Of a DNA stretch of 64,000 nucleotides, positions 1 to 16,215 are shown one piece after another. Position 1 is the first letter of the stretch. Each line of letters opens with the position of its first letter. Below the pieces are notes generated by a model, which saw only the letters and a list, made by a program, of their open reading frames with translations, did no database searches and was not told the origin of the DNA. The stretch comes from the human T2T-CHM13v2.0 reference genome, Homo sapiens, in assembly GCF_009914755.1 (NCBI RefSeq), contig NC_060945.1. One strand, given 5' to 3'. The position numbers and the translations under genes are program-made.

Positions 1-217
1 AAGAGTGCTGGGAAACATGGTCGACTGTGTGCCCATGAAGAAAGAAGATGGGTTTGTTGGACAAGTAAGCAGTCTCTATCACAGGGTCCAGTAATCACAC
101 CTCTTTACCTGGCTATTAAAACCATTGATTGTAGAGACAAAGTCAACAGCTTTGAAGAAAATAAACAACCTTGATTAGCTTATAAATAATCAATATCATT
201 TGACTTCCATTGTTCAG

Positions 218-420
218 TGGCTCCAGCAGTTCCATCATGTGAAGTACCCTCTTCTGCTCTGAGTGGAACTGTGGTAGAGCTACGATGTCAAGACAAAGAA
301 GGGAATCCAGCTCCTGAATACACATGGTTTAAGGATGGCATCCGTTTGCTAGAAAATCCCAGACTTGGCTCCCAAAGCACCAACAGCTCATACACAATGA
401 ATACAAAAACTGGAACTCTG
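218..420 (+). CDS. JAM2: JAM2 coding exon (second Ig domain, N-terminal part; upstream exons outside window)
   Basis: ttcag|TGGCTCC acceptor and CTCTG|gtaagg donor; 203 nt; encodes (V)APAVPSCEVPSSALSGTVVELRCQDKEGNPAPEYTWFKDG...KTGTL. Confidence 0.97.
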
Positions 421-981
421 GTAAGGTCATTTCAAGATTTGACTTGATAACTGTCTTGCATTTGGATAAAAAAATTATTAGAACTTAAGATGACGTTTAA
501 TAGAGAGCTGATACCATTGCTTGCTAAGTGGAGAGAGGCAGGGGCACCAGGAAAGATGGCAGCACTTGTACCACGAAGTGATGGAAAGAGCTACTACAGG
601 ACATGGGAACAGAAAACAGAGACTGAGGGAGCTGACTGTGCAAGGACCAGTAAAAGAGCAAAGGGGCAAAGGCTCCTGAAACAAAGGAGCAAAGGCTGTG
701 TGTTTATCTTTTCAGAATTTAAAAAGATTCTAGAATTGATAATCCTATAAATGATACCAATTAAGATTTTCGTAGACCCTAAGCTACTTCCTGGTAGTAA
801 CTCTGGCTCTTTAAAGGAAATGTTTATTATTTGCTGCTGCAGTGAACTCACTTGTGACTTAGGAAAGTGCATTAACCCTTTTACCAGGGAGGCCTTCATT
901 TATATAGGTGGTGTTTCCTAGGAATTAGAAATACCTAGACTACTGAGTACTACCATGTGCTATAAACTTTAAAAATTGCGC

Positions 982-1335
<354 letters not shown>

Positions 1336-1902
1336 CTAAGCCTGATTCATGATGATGAATCAGGCAGTTATCTACAGCTGTCTTCTGGCCTGGAAAATTA
1401 CTAAGTGCAGTCTCAATTTACAACATCAGGAAAATGCATGAAAACTTGCTTGGGGATACCCTGACCATGTGAAAATAGTAACTGTAGTCAATCATGGTAG
1501 GATTCCTATATCATTAAATATTTCCATGACTGTAGATCAACAACAGTTGACTCTGTGACTTTAGTATCTATTACTTTAGAGTCCAGATATTCTGTTTCCT
1601 CCAGTAAAATATTCTTATTGAAAGACTTTCTAGGAATACTGATGACAATCTATAAGCAAGCTCTGTGAAGCTAATTACATTTAAAAATAAAAAGTATTTT
1701 ACTTTTTCATCTTTGATTATAGGAATAGAAGTGGAAGTTTAAAAAAGGGTCATTAAGCTTGAAGCTTTTTAAAAAAAATTCAGTCAATGTAATATTCTAT
1801 GTCAGTTTAAAATTGTCTGCCTTCCAGCAACGCAGAATCACTATGACAGCGATTATCAAAAAAAAAAACTTAAAGGCGTGGTGATAATAACAATTTTAAT
1901 AA

Positions 1903-2199
<297 letters not shown>

Positions 2200-2890
2200 C
2201 AATTTTAATGAATTTTGAAAGGAGGATATAATGCTTCATTCCTTTCATCTACAAGTGCACAGTAACATTTACAAACAGATCTTCTGATAAACAAGAAAGC
2301 AAATTGCTAAAGTGGCTGAATAATAAAGCCTATTGGATGCAGTTACTTCTTAAGCTCTGGCCTCTCAGCAGTCAGCAGGCGCAGTCAGCAGGTCTGAGTG
2401 ATTTTACACTGAGCAACTGGGCAGAAAAACCTGCTGTCACACTTTGCTATATTTACTTTTCAAATTTATTTTTTCTCAGGGCAGTTGGTAAAAGCCCCAA
2501 GGCAAGTCTGAAAGGATACAGATTCACTTTCCTCAGCTAACCTCAACCCTTGAAATAGCTTGTGATGTCAAAGGAATGCACCTGGATTGAACTAAGATAG
2601 GTTCTTATGTGAGAAATGAACAACAAAGACTCCAGTGTATGGAAGCCAATGACTTCCTTTTAATTACCAGCTATAATATGCTGGAAGATCATTTTGGGTT
2701 TTAGTCTAACATATTATTTATATGTAACCTTGGCCATGAGTTCATGGTGAATATTCTAAAAGCATTCTGGCTTTGAGGAGAGTGACAGATGATTCCATAG
2801 AGTGGAAAAAAAGAAAAACAGGAAAACTTTCTCTCCCTCCATCTAGGAGGATCTAAGACAATGACCCTTCAAGGTGACCAGGATTACACT

Positions 2891-3020
2891 CCCTTTCTTC
2901 CCTCCCTCCAGCCCTTTCTTCTTTCCTTCCTTCCTTTCTCCCTCTCTCCCTCCCTCTCTTCCTTCCTTTCTCCCTCCCTCCCTCCCTCTCTTCTTTCTTT
3001 TCTCCTCTTCTTCCTTTTTG
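2891..3020. repeat. CT-rich low-complexity tract (CCTT/CCCT)
   Basis: Almost pure pyrimidine on the + strand. Confidence 0.9.
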
Positions 3021-3710
3021 TCTGCCTTCATTCCTTCCAAATATCCTCCAAGGGGATAAAAACTACTGATAAAAATAACGAAGTCTATTATATCAATCTT
3101 AGCTTTTGGTTGCTTTGACAGGGATGGGAAGGAGCAAGGGCTGGCTTTTCTTTTCAAATTTAAAAAAATTCTAGAGTTGATAGAATCGACAATCCTATAA
3201 ACCGATACCAATTAAGATTTTCCTAGGCCCTAAGCTACTTCCTGGTAGTAACTGGCTCTTTAAAGGAAGTGTTTATTGTTGGCTGCTGCAGTGAACTCGC
3301 TTGTGACTTAGGAAAGTGCATTAACCCTTTTACCAGGGAGGCCTGCCCTTCATTTATAAATGATGTTTCCTAGGAATTAGAAATACCTACACTACTTAAT
3401 ACTACCATGTGTTATGAACTTTAAAAAACACTCATTGCCTTCCTAACAGTACTGCTTTCATGGTTAAAAAAAAAAAAAGGAACTTCTCTGTATGTATTTT
3501 ATCTTTGTTCTTCTCGTCAAATTAAGCAAAAGTCTAGCTTAAACTCCTTGAAGTCATGGCAGATTTTTAAATTCATAGTAAAGACAGAAAGTCCCAAATT
3601 TTTAAAAAGGAAAGACAAACTTAATGCTAAAATTTGAGGGACAGGGTTATTTAAAAAGTCTACTTATAGATCTATGGCTTAAAAAAATATATTTTTGCAT
3701 CCACAAATAG

Positions 3711-3810
3711 CAATTTAATACTGTTTCCAAACTGGACACTGGAGAATATTCCTGTGAAGCCCGCAATTCTGTTGGATATCGCAGGTGTCCTGGGAAACGA
3801 ATGCAAGTAG
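3711..3810 (+). CDS. JAM2: JAM2 coding exon (end of second Ig domain)
   Basis: aatag|CAATTT and GTAG|gtaagc; 100 nt; QFNTVSKLDTGEYSCEARNSVGYRRCPGKRMQV with the Ig D-x-G-x-Y-x-C motif; in frame with the previous exon. Confidence 0.97.
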
Positions 3811-4283
3811 GTAAGCATGAAATATTGGGAGGAACAAATGGTTTGCAATTCGACTGTGAAGTACAGCAGTTGGGGGTACAAGGAGCAAGGAGCAGGAAAT
3901 GTCTGAGTGACTTGAAGAATAAACAGGAGAGAATGACTAAAATTAACTTGATATGATGTGTTGCAAAGAAGCAAAGATGCTGTTTTTAAGCCATCTCCCA
4001 AATAAGCCAAAAATACTTAGTATTGTATTTAACAACTTTTTTTAGTTTTTTAAATAATCGTTTTTAAAATACATTCTTCTAAGTAGTCTTTCTCTCAAAT
4101 AAAAGCTAAGTATCTTGTAGTCTAAATTGTTGAAGGTCCAGAAGTTTGAATTTCTGATATTTTTAAAATTCAGGAATGTATATCATTGATATTATTCACC
4201 AAATTAATTCAGGTGTTGACATTTATAGTCAACGTAGCACTTATTTAAGTAATCAGAAAGTATCCCTTTCAATGCTGCTTTGA

Positions 4284-4777
<494 letters not shown>

Positions 4778-6784
4778 TAAACATCTACCTTTGCCTTCTC
4801 TTAAGGAATCATATCCAGGAAGTCATGGTTTTGATGTATTAGTTACTTTTTCTTAGCACACAATAAATACATAACGAATAAAATTTAAATGTTTGTTTCT
4901 CCACTAGGACCACTTTAATTTGAACATGATTCTCACATATCTACTCTAAGTACAAGTTAGCTTAAAAGTTAAAATTAGTTTGTTTAACGGTCATCCATTG
5001 ATCCGAGGTGTTTTGTGTCCTTGGTTGGGACTTACATCTTTTGAAATACATACAAATTCATAAATTCATTTTTTTGGTTTTCTTTGTGAATTATAACTAT
5101 ATTCACATGTAACCAAAATTAGAATATGTTAACTGTCCTAAAGAAATTTTTTCAAAGTGCAGCAAGTAAAGCATGGATTTGTTGGTTGTTTATGGCTGCC
5201 TCACTATAAAACTCCAGCAGACTCCACCCACACTGGGCCTTTCAGCAGTTTAGTTCCTTTTCTTTCAGTAAAAAAAATGGTACCTTCCTTTTATAAAGAC
5301 TTTTTTTTCAAAAAAAAAAAAAAACACAAAATATTTTCATACTTAATGTTACATTTTCTCTTCACTGAGGCATAATATGGCTGTATGACTTGCTCAACAT
5401 CACAGAAAATGGTGAACAGGATGTAAGAAGTTAACTTACTCCTTATCTATTACTCTTCTGTCTCCCATTTCACTGAAGAAAAATAACATAAAATTCATAC
5501 TACAACTTAGCACTTACAGAACAAGACAATTTTTTGTCAGTAGTTTCTTTTAGGGTGAATCCTTCCTTCATAGATGTCAAATTCATTGACAAACTACAAG
5601 ACAGTTTTTTTTTTTTGTCAGATAATAGCCCTTACTTTGAATGCTTCATAGATGTCAGATTTAATGACTACTACAAAGTAAATAGAAGGTACACTTTGGT
5701 TCTCAGGAATTTCACTTACTGATTTGACTTTGCCTAAGATTATGATTACTGTAGATTTTTTTCTCTCTCTGCTCTTTTTAATCCAAGTAAATAAAAAGCT
5801 GAATCTTATTGACCTCTCAATACCCAAGCAAACTGAGTTTATACCAAGCAATAATTAATGTTTTCTACTCTGGTCAAATTACTTAACCTTTCAAAAGACT
5901 TATCAAGTTTTCTTTTTTAAAAAAATCAATTAATATTTTGGAGGTATTTAAGAAAATTAATAACACACTTGGCATTAGGAAAGAATTTCGAGACCAGAAG
6001 TTTTTATGATAAGCAGATTCACTTAAACAGTATCTCTAAAAAGATCATTTCCAAAATGTACATTGCTTTAAAATATTTAAATTATTTTTGAGAAAATGCT
6101 ATGTAATATTTTCTCTAGGTTATTTAATCATAGGCTAATTAAAACTTGCTTTGTAAAATGGGAACTCTTTGAAGAATTGCTCCTTTAATAAATACATGGG
6201 AAGTATCTAAATGGCAGAAGAGTGTGGCTCATAAAATCCTCATGGACAAGATGGAGAAATATGGTCCAAACAATATTTTGGTGGATCCACACACAGTTGA
6301 ATCCCATGCTCAGAGAATGTTAATAAATTGTGTTGTATGACAGGAGGTGTCTGCTAGCCTGTTACATAGTTGTTTCCTAAACAAATCCATGTTCATCATG
6401 TTATTAATGACTTGAATGAGAGTATTTTTAATAAAATTCTCAATTTGCAGAAATGTTAAGCTTGGAAGGTTAATAATGTAATTATTAGGCAACAGAATCA
6501 ATCTGAGAAGAAGAAAAAAACTTCACAGTAGTTATTTCCAAACTTGGGTTCAAAAAATCCAGTTGCATTACATTAGAGGACGGATGCCTTAACAGTCATA
6601 GGAAAAGCCTCAGAGAATTTAATTCATTTTTCATAAATGGGATGACAGTTTAGTTGCATATATGTATATGACTGTGTATGTGTGTATACACCCATATACA
6701 TATAATTGTATATCTACACCCATATAATTCAAGAAGGAACGTATTTCTTACACTTAGTTTTACAGAATAACAATGACATGTGCT

Positions 6785-7082
6785 TTTTTTTAAGAGACAG
6801 TCTTGCTCTGTCACCCAGACTGGAGAGAAGTAGTGCAATCATAGTTCACTATAATCTGAAACTCCTAGGCTCAAGTGATCCTCCAACCTCAGCCTCCTGA
6901 GTAGCTGGGACTCCAGGAATGCACCACCATACCCGGATAATTTTTTTAATTTTTTTATTTTTTAGAGATGGATTCTTGCTATGTTGCCTAGGCTGGTCTC
7001 AAATTCCTAGCCTCAAGCAGTCCTCCCACCTCAGCCTCCTGAGTAGCTGGGATTACAGGCATGAGTCAACATGCCTGGCGCC
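6785..7082 (-). mobile_element. AluJ-like SINE
   Basis: Diverged reverse Alu dimer. Confidence 0.85.
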
Positions 7083-7521
7083 ATGTGTTTTCTTTGACGT
7101 TGAGTTTTTCTTTATTTGTGAAATTGACACAGTTGATGATGTAGGAGAATTTTAAGTAAGATGTGGGGTAGGGAGTGGCAGTAGAATACTTGAACTCATT
7201 GAACTTCAAAGATTGCTTCCAGTCTTTTAATCCTGTGAATTATTACACATCTCCAAATGAATGCAAAAGAATACATTTTATTTTTTAATCTGAGAAGTTT
7301 TTAAAATTTAGTATTTTTCCAAAGCTTAAGTTCTGTTAATATTTTTAATCAATTTTGAACCATGTCTTAGAAGTGAGTTAGTTGAACAGGCTTCACAATC
7401 GTTAAAGTATGCTTTATGATATAGCTGCAAAGGGGATCTTTTTTTGAACCTTTTCAATTTAATGACTGCATCTGTCCGTGTAATCCACATATATTTATGC
7501 GTAATTTATTTTACATTCCAG

Positions 7522-7629
7522 ATGATCTCAACATAAGTGGCATCATAGCAGCCGTAGTAGTTGTGGCCTTAGTGATTTCCGTTTGTGGCCTTGGTGTATG
7601 CTATGCTCAGAGGAAAGGCTACTTTTCAA
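7522..7629 (+). CDS. JAM2: JAM2 transmembrane exon
   Basis: ttccag|ATGAT and TCAA|gtaagt; 108 nt; (D)DLNISGIIAAVVVVALVISVCGLGVCYAQRKGYFS. Confidence 0.97.
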
Positions 7630-7734
7630 GTAAGTGAATTTCACCCTTCTTTGGCAGATAACTTTCTATGGCTATGGAGTTTATTTATGAGATACTGTTT
7701 CTCCTAGGAAGTTGTTTTTTTGTTTGTTTGTTTG

Positions 7735-10125
<2,391 letters not shown>

Positions 10126-10467
10126 AGAGCGGCTCTGTCAATTAATACTTGTTCAGTGCTTCAATTTAGCCCACTTTAATGTAACTTTATGAATTGAATC
10201 CAGCTGTGGCCCCCTGCTGGTCATCAGTGAAAGTACAGACAAATAAGATAACTCTTCCAAAACTCTTGTCATCTTTATCTATAGCCTAAAATAATACTGG
10301 TCTGAGTTTTTTTAATGAGGAGTTAGTAAAAAAATTTTCCTAAAATATTGAATTAATTAAAAGTTGACTTGAATATTAGGAGTTCGTTACCTAAGAATGT
10401 TACTCTGATTTTTCATCTAGCAGAAAAATCTATCCAAGAGAAGCATATTCTTGAATATATGTTTAGG

Positions 10468-10838
10468 ACAGAGGTTGGCAGACTACTATCTGTGGACCAA
10501 ATCTGCCCTCCCCGCCTATTTTTCTATGGCCTATGAACAAAAATGGCTTTACAGATGAACATTTACAATCTATTTGATGATAGGGCCCGCTGACTTTGAA
10601 CCCCAATTAAGAGAAATGTTATCTTCCCCAAAAGCATTCCATTTCTCTAACTAGTAGGCCTGTTTTTCAAGACTTTTATTATTATTGTTATTATTATTAT
10701 TATATTTTTATTTTATCCATAAAAATGTTTGGAAATTTGTTTGCTCTCTTGTTACTTAAGTACCTATATAGTATCCTCTTGGCCCCAAAGCCTAAAATGG
10801 TTGCTGTATGGCTCTTTACCAAAAAAGTTTGCCAACTC
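10468..10838. mobile_element. MER58-like hAT DNA transposon relic
   Basis: Ends agaggttggca ... tgccaactct form terminal inverted repeats. Confidence 0.6.
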
Positions 10839-10976
10839 TTAATTTAGAAGGTATAAACGTCAGCAAGTGAAGATTAAAATTAATAAAAATAAATTAAACC
10901 CAAACTCATTTTTATATGAATCTGTATCATACCATAATAACCCTTGCATTAATGATATATACTTTTTCTTTTGTAG

Positions 10977-10992
10977 AAGAAACCTCCTTCCA
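10977..10992 (+). CDS. JAM2: JAM2 16-nt microexon (cytoplasmic tail)
   Basis: Polypyrimidine tract, then tgtag|AAGAAACCTCCTTCCA|gtaagt; encodes (K)ETSF(Q) and is needed to keep frame between the flanking exons. Confidence 0.93.
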
Positions 10993-11140
10993 GTAAGTAT
11001 ACTTTCCTACAATGCATGTCTTTCTCCTATGTCAACTAATTTTCTATTAATCATCTGTTTAAAGTCAAAAGAGAGAAGTTGGGTTATTTGTGTAGGTTTA
11101 CTCTCACAAGAAGTTACTCAAGTTTATCAAGAAATACATC

Positions 11141-11555
11141 TGTATTAGGCTGTTCTTGCATTGCTGTAAGAAAATACCCGAGACTGGGTAGTTTATTGTA
11201 AAAAGAGGTTTAATTGGCTCACGGTTCTGCAAGCTGTACAATCCTGGCACCAACACTGCTTGGCTTTTGGGGAGGCCTCAGGAAGCTTTTTACTCATGGC
11301 TGAAGGCAAAGCGGGAGCAGGCACGTCACATGGCAAAAGCAGGAGCAAGGTTGGGGAGGTGCCACATACTTTTAAACAACCAGATTTCAAGAAAACTCAG
11401 TCACTATTCTGAGGACAGCATCAAGGGGGCGGTACTAAACCATTCATGAGAAATCCGCCCCCATGATTTAATCGGCTCCAACAAACCCCACCTCCAACAT
11501 TGGGGATTACAATTCAACATAAGATTTGGGCAAGGCAAATATCCAGACTCTATCA
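11141..11555. mobile_element. MST-type MaLR solo LTR
   Basis: TGTATTAGG...TATCA termini, MST/THE1 consensus blocks, 5-bp TSD ACATC at 11136-11140 and 11556-11560. Confidence 0.9.
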
Positions 11556-11789
11556 ACATCCCACTTCACACTTCATACCTACTTGTAAATGGTAGTACAG
11601 AGAGAATGATGATTACCCAGCCTACTTGTAAATGGTAGTACAGAGAGAATGATGATTACCCAGACAAGAAATATGGTCACTAATTTGATTTCATAGGCAT
11701 TTGTATAAACTAACTTAAAAAAAATTTACTGTATTTTGCTAAATTGAAAATTTTCAAATAAAATTTTAGTTAACAGTCATTTTTTTATA

Positions 11790-12830
11790 TTAATTGAATA
11801 CCAATTTTGTGCCTAACACTGTTCTAAGGAATGGGGATACAGCAGTGAACAAAACAGGCCAAAAACCCCACAAAACTCTGCCTTATGGAGCTTACATTCT
11901 AGTAGAGAAAGGCAGAAAATAAACAGGTAATACTATATAGTATATCAGATAGGGCCATTATGGAGAAAAATAAAACAAATAAGAGAATATACAATACAAA
12001 GGGTAGGAGTAGAGATTCTAATTTCAAATAGGGTGGTCAGAAAGGATCTCACTAAGTGATTTTTGAGAAAGGCCTGAAGAGGGTGAGGAAGCAAGTTGTG
12101 CAAATAACCATGAGAAGAGCGTTCAGGCAGAGGGGAGAGAGCAAATTGAAAGATCCTGAGGCCAGGCAAGCCTAGAATATCTGAGGGATGTCAGCGGGAC
12201 CAGGGTGGCTGGAACAGAATGAGAGAAACAGAGGAGATGAGCGTACAAAAGTAGCGGTGGGGGCAGATTGTAAGGAGTCCCTTTTAGGCAGTCGTGAGGA
12301 GTCTGGCTTTGGTCTGAGTAAGATAGAAAGTCACTGGAGGGCTTTAAGCAGAGGAGTGGTGTCATTTTAATTTTTCAAAACTCACACTGGCTTCTCTGTT
12401 AAGAATAAACTATGAGATGACAAAAGGTGGAAGCAGGGAGATCAGTTAGCAAACTACCACACTAAGTGAGGCAAGAGAAAATGGTGGCTGGTGCCAAAGC
12501 AGTGTTGGAGATGCTGAGAAGTGACAGTGTTTTGGATATAATGTTTTAATAACTTGCTGATCTGTTGGATGTGGGCTGTGAGAGAAGCAGAGAAATCGAA
12601 GATGGCTTCAAGGTTATGAGAAGGATGGAATTACCATTTACGGAAGTGTGGAAGATTTTAAGAGGAGAGAGTTTGGGAGTGGTGATGGGAATAAGTGGAG
12701 AGGTTGGAGTGTTTGGAATTTTAATATTTGATATGCTTATTTGATTCCAAGTAGAGGTTATCAGTAACTGAATATTCAAAATCTAGAGTTTGGGGAAATA
12801 ACTGGAAATGGAATTGTAGGAGTCATTGGT
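11790..12830. mobile_element. L2 LINE fragment
   Basis: Typical L2 3' text (ggggatacagcagtgaacaaaacag; atggagcttacattctag; purine-rich body). Confidence 0.7.
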
Positions 12831-13882
12831 ACATGAAATATGGGTGAGCTCCCCAACGCCCTGTAGTTTGTGTGTACTTGTTTTATGACTGTCCTTCTTG
12901 TATGTACAGATCTGGCAGACCTAACTTTGGCTCTATGGGCGTAGAGAGAAGATGGATGACAAACTATCTGAGGCTATGGCAGCTGGGAGTGGAGAAGATA
13001 TACTGAAGCCATGGCTTCAGACAGTTTGTCATCTCCTAATTCCTTTGAAGAATCATCTGCCATTGACTTCCTGTTCCCAGATTTCTGGCTCAATCCTGGT
13101 CTCTCAGTCTCGTAAGATCCTAATACAAGTCTAGGTTGAAGTTCAGATTATCAAGAATTAGCAGTAATAAAGCCAGTGAGTTCAGAAGGGCAGGGTAGCT
13201 GGAAAGTGTTGCTACTTCCCACCCCTAACCTCCAGGTGATTGTGAGGACTTCTGCTTTTATTGAGTGACACGAAAAGTAATTGGAAGGTTTTGAGCAGAG
13301 GGGAGACATCATCTTACGTAAGTGGGAAGGGTGACATAGCTGCAGTGAGGGAGGTTATTCTTCTATCAGTATCTCTAGCAAATCAAGTAGTAATCTGGTG
13401 GGGAATAACTTCATTCCTAGACATATGCCCTCACATTCATTAAATCTGTGGCCTTCAAAATATGTTCAATAACGAAATGGATGACTGGAACACTAGTCAC
13501 CATGTAAAACTTTTTCCACGGAAAAATAAATAAATTTTGAGATTATAATAGTCAAGCTTTCAAAATATTAAATGTTAATATATTAAATTAAAAGTTAGTA
13601 AGTCTCTGGTTTGTGTATTCCACAAAAATCTTTAGTATACTAGCCACAAGCTACATTTACGTGCACAAGGCTTCACACTGATGTTTTGTTGCATGACTTT
13701 CTCTGTGAATATTGTCTGTAAATATAAGAAATTCAGTAAGAATTGTCTTTTTTTCTACCTAAGATATATGTTCATGTTCTTGCTGAGAAAATGTATGGAA
13801 GTAAAATTAACTAAAAGAGCATATATGTTCCAGATTGGAAGTGATAATGTAGTAAATATTGTCTTTTATATTCCACAAACAG

Positions 13883-13925
13883 GAAGAGTAATTCTTCATC
13901 TAAAGCCACGACAATGAGTGAAAAT
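13883..13925 (+). CDS. JAM2: JAM2 cytoplasmic exon
   Basis: aacag|GAAGAGT and GAAAAT|gtgagt; 43 nt; (Q)KSNSSSKATTMSEN. Confidence 0.95.
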
Positions 13926-14404
13926 GTGAGTATCTTTAAAGCATATTTATAGAATGAATATGTTTGGGGAATAGGGCAGGGAAATGAAGTAATTATATGG
14001 ACTTTGTGAATTTTCACTTTTAATACACTTTGCACCAGTGTCTATCACTGGTGTTTAAAAGGAGCTAAGTAGATGTTAGCTTCTGTACCCTGTCTAGGAT
14101 GGCATGATAAAGATACCTGGCATTTCCAATAGCAGAAGTGATCTTTAATCATATCATTATTTGTTTCATGGTATTTTCTATAATTAGTCTGCCTTCTTAG
14201 TATCACTAGGTCTGGCATTATCAGCTCCCTTTGACAGATGAGTAAATTAAAACACAGGTTCTTACAGGGTAACAGTGGTGGAGCTGGGACCCAGGCTCTT
14301 TTCTTCCCTGTAGCTTGACCAAGCAGAGTGGTTCCAGCAGAGCTGTGGTTCTAGGACTCACCTTTGGTTATGTGAAGCACTTGGAACATTTTAGGGCTAT
14401 GCAA

Positions 14405-14759
14405 TGTCTTAGTCATTTGGGCTGCTATAACAAAAATACCATACACTGGGTAATTTACAAACAACAAATTTATTTTCAGTTTTGGAGGCCAGGAAGTCCA
14501 CAATCAAGGCACCAGTAGACTCAATGTCTAGTGAGAGCCTGTTCCTCATAGATGGAGACTTCCTGCTGTGTCCTCACATAGTAGCAGGGGCAAAACAAGC
14601 ACCCTCTGGCCTCTTTGGTACGGGCACTAGCTCCATTCATGAAGGTCCTGCCCTCATCACCTAATCACCTCCTAAAGGCCCCACCTCTTAATAGTATTGC
14701 ATTAGGGATTAGGTTTCAACATATGAATTTTGGGTGACACAAACATTCAGACCAGAGCA
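14405..14759. mobile_element. MLT1A-like MaLR solo LTR
   Basis: tgtcttagtc...gctgctataacaaaa start; tttcaacatatgaattttggg...cattcagacc end. Confidence 0.85.
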
Positions 14760-15767
14760 CAGAATATCCTGTTATAATTGAAAGGAACATTTCAGAAATG
14801 TTTGAAAAGACGCAGTAATTACCTAACTCAGAGGTTTTAAGGAACATAATTTAGACACTTGGACCCTTTGTAAACACTACATTGATGCAGCAAATACCAT
14901 TGTTACTCAGATTTTGTAGCTCTTTGGATGGATATTCAGCCTTCTGGATGATTTTCTCAGGAATATAGTGGGTTGGGGCAGGGGGAGTTCCTATGGTTTT
15001 AGAGGCCTAAGTCGTTTCTTGAGAAACAAAGCATGGGTTCTCAGAAATGCTTTACTCATCTATGGCAGGAATTCTGTCAGATTTCTTCTCAGTAGAGTCT
15101 GGGGGGTGGGGTGGGGCGGGGGAGCCTGGACATCAGTATTTTAAATGCTTACCCACTTTTCTGTAAAAATTTGATTTTCAAAAACTGTTCCAGAAACTAT
15201 TACAGAATTCACCTTATTTTGTGGTTTACTACACTGAAAGCTTACTGATGTTTAATTAGGGGACAAGAAACTTTGTTCCCACCATTTTTGTGCCTACAAT
15301 TTATGGAAAGTCTTTGTTTCTGCAATTTACAGAAAGTACTCTTGGAGTGTGGAATCGAATACTCCCATCCCTCCAAACAGTATGAAGCACATTGTGGCTA
15401 AACTGAATGAACAAAAGCCATTTATTTTTTCTTTGCCTTCCTCTCAGTTGCCCTTATCAACTAACAGCTAGAGTCCCCTTCAGTTCTCTTGTGCCCTACC
15501 ACAGGGTTTCTCAACCTCAGCACTACTGATATTTTGGGCCACATCATTCTTTGGTGTAAGGTGCTGTCCTGTACATCATAGGATGTGTAGCCACAGGCCT
15601 GGCCTCCAACACCAGATGCCGGGGCATCCTCCTAACAGGATTTGTCTGCCTCTGCCTTCCAGTCCTACCTCTTTACTCTCTAGGCAAAGCTTCAGAGTAC
15701 CTTGTCTGCTAGGAGTTAGTTAGTTAATTCCCCATAAAACAAGTTTAATTAAATATATACTGGTTTT

Positions 15768-16114
<347 letters not shown>

Positions 16115-16182
16115 TCATAAGATTTATGTTTCTTTAAATATGAATTCATATATTTAAACCTGTTTTTTCTTTCTTTTCCTAG

Positions 16183-16215
16183 GATTTCAAGCACACAAAA
16201 TCCTTTATAATTTAA
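16183..16215 (+). CDS. JAM2: JAM2 last coding exon with C-terminal PDZ-binding motif
   Basis: ttcctag|GATTTC; DFKHTKSFII then TAA. Confidence 0.97.
   Translation, partial: DFKHTKSFII

Noticed and set aside
2843-3211. EGGRK-repeat and PSLP-repeat ORFs
   Set aside because: They are translations of the CT-rich simple repeat
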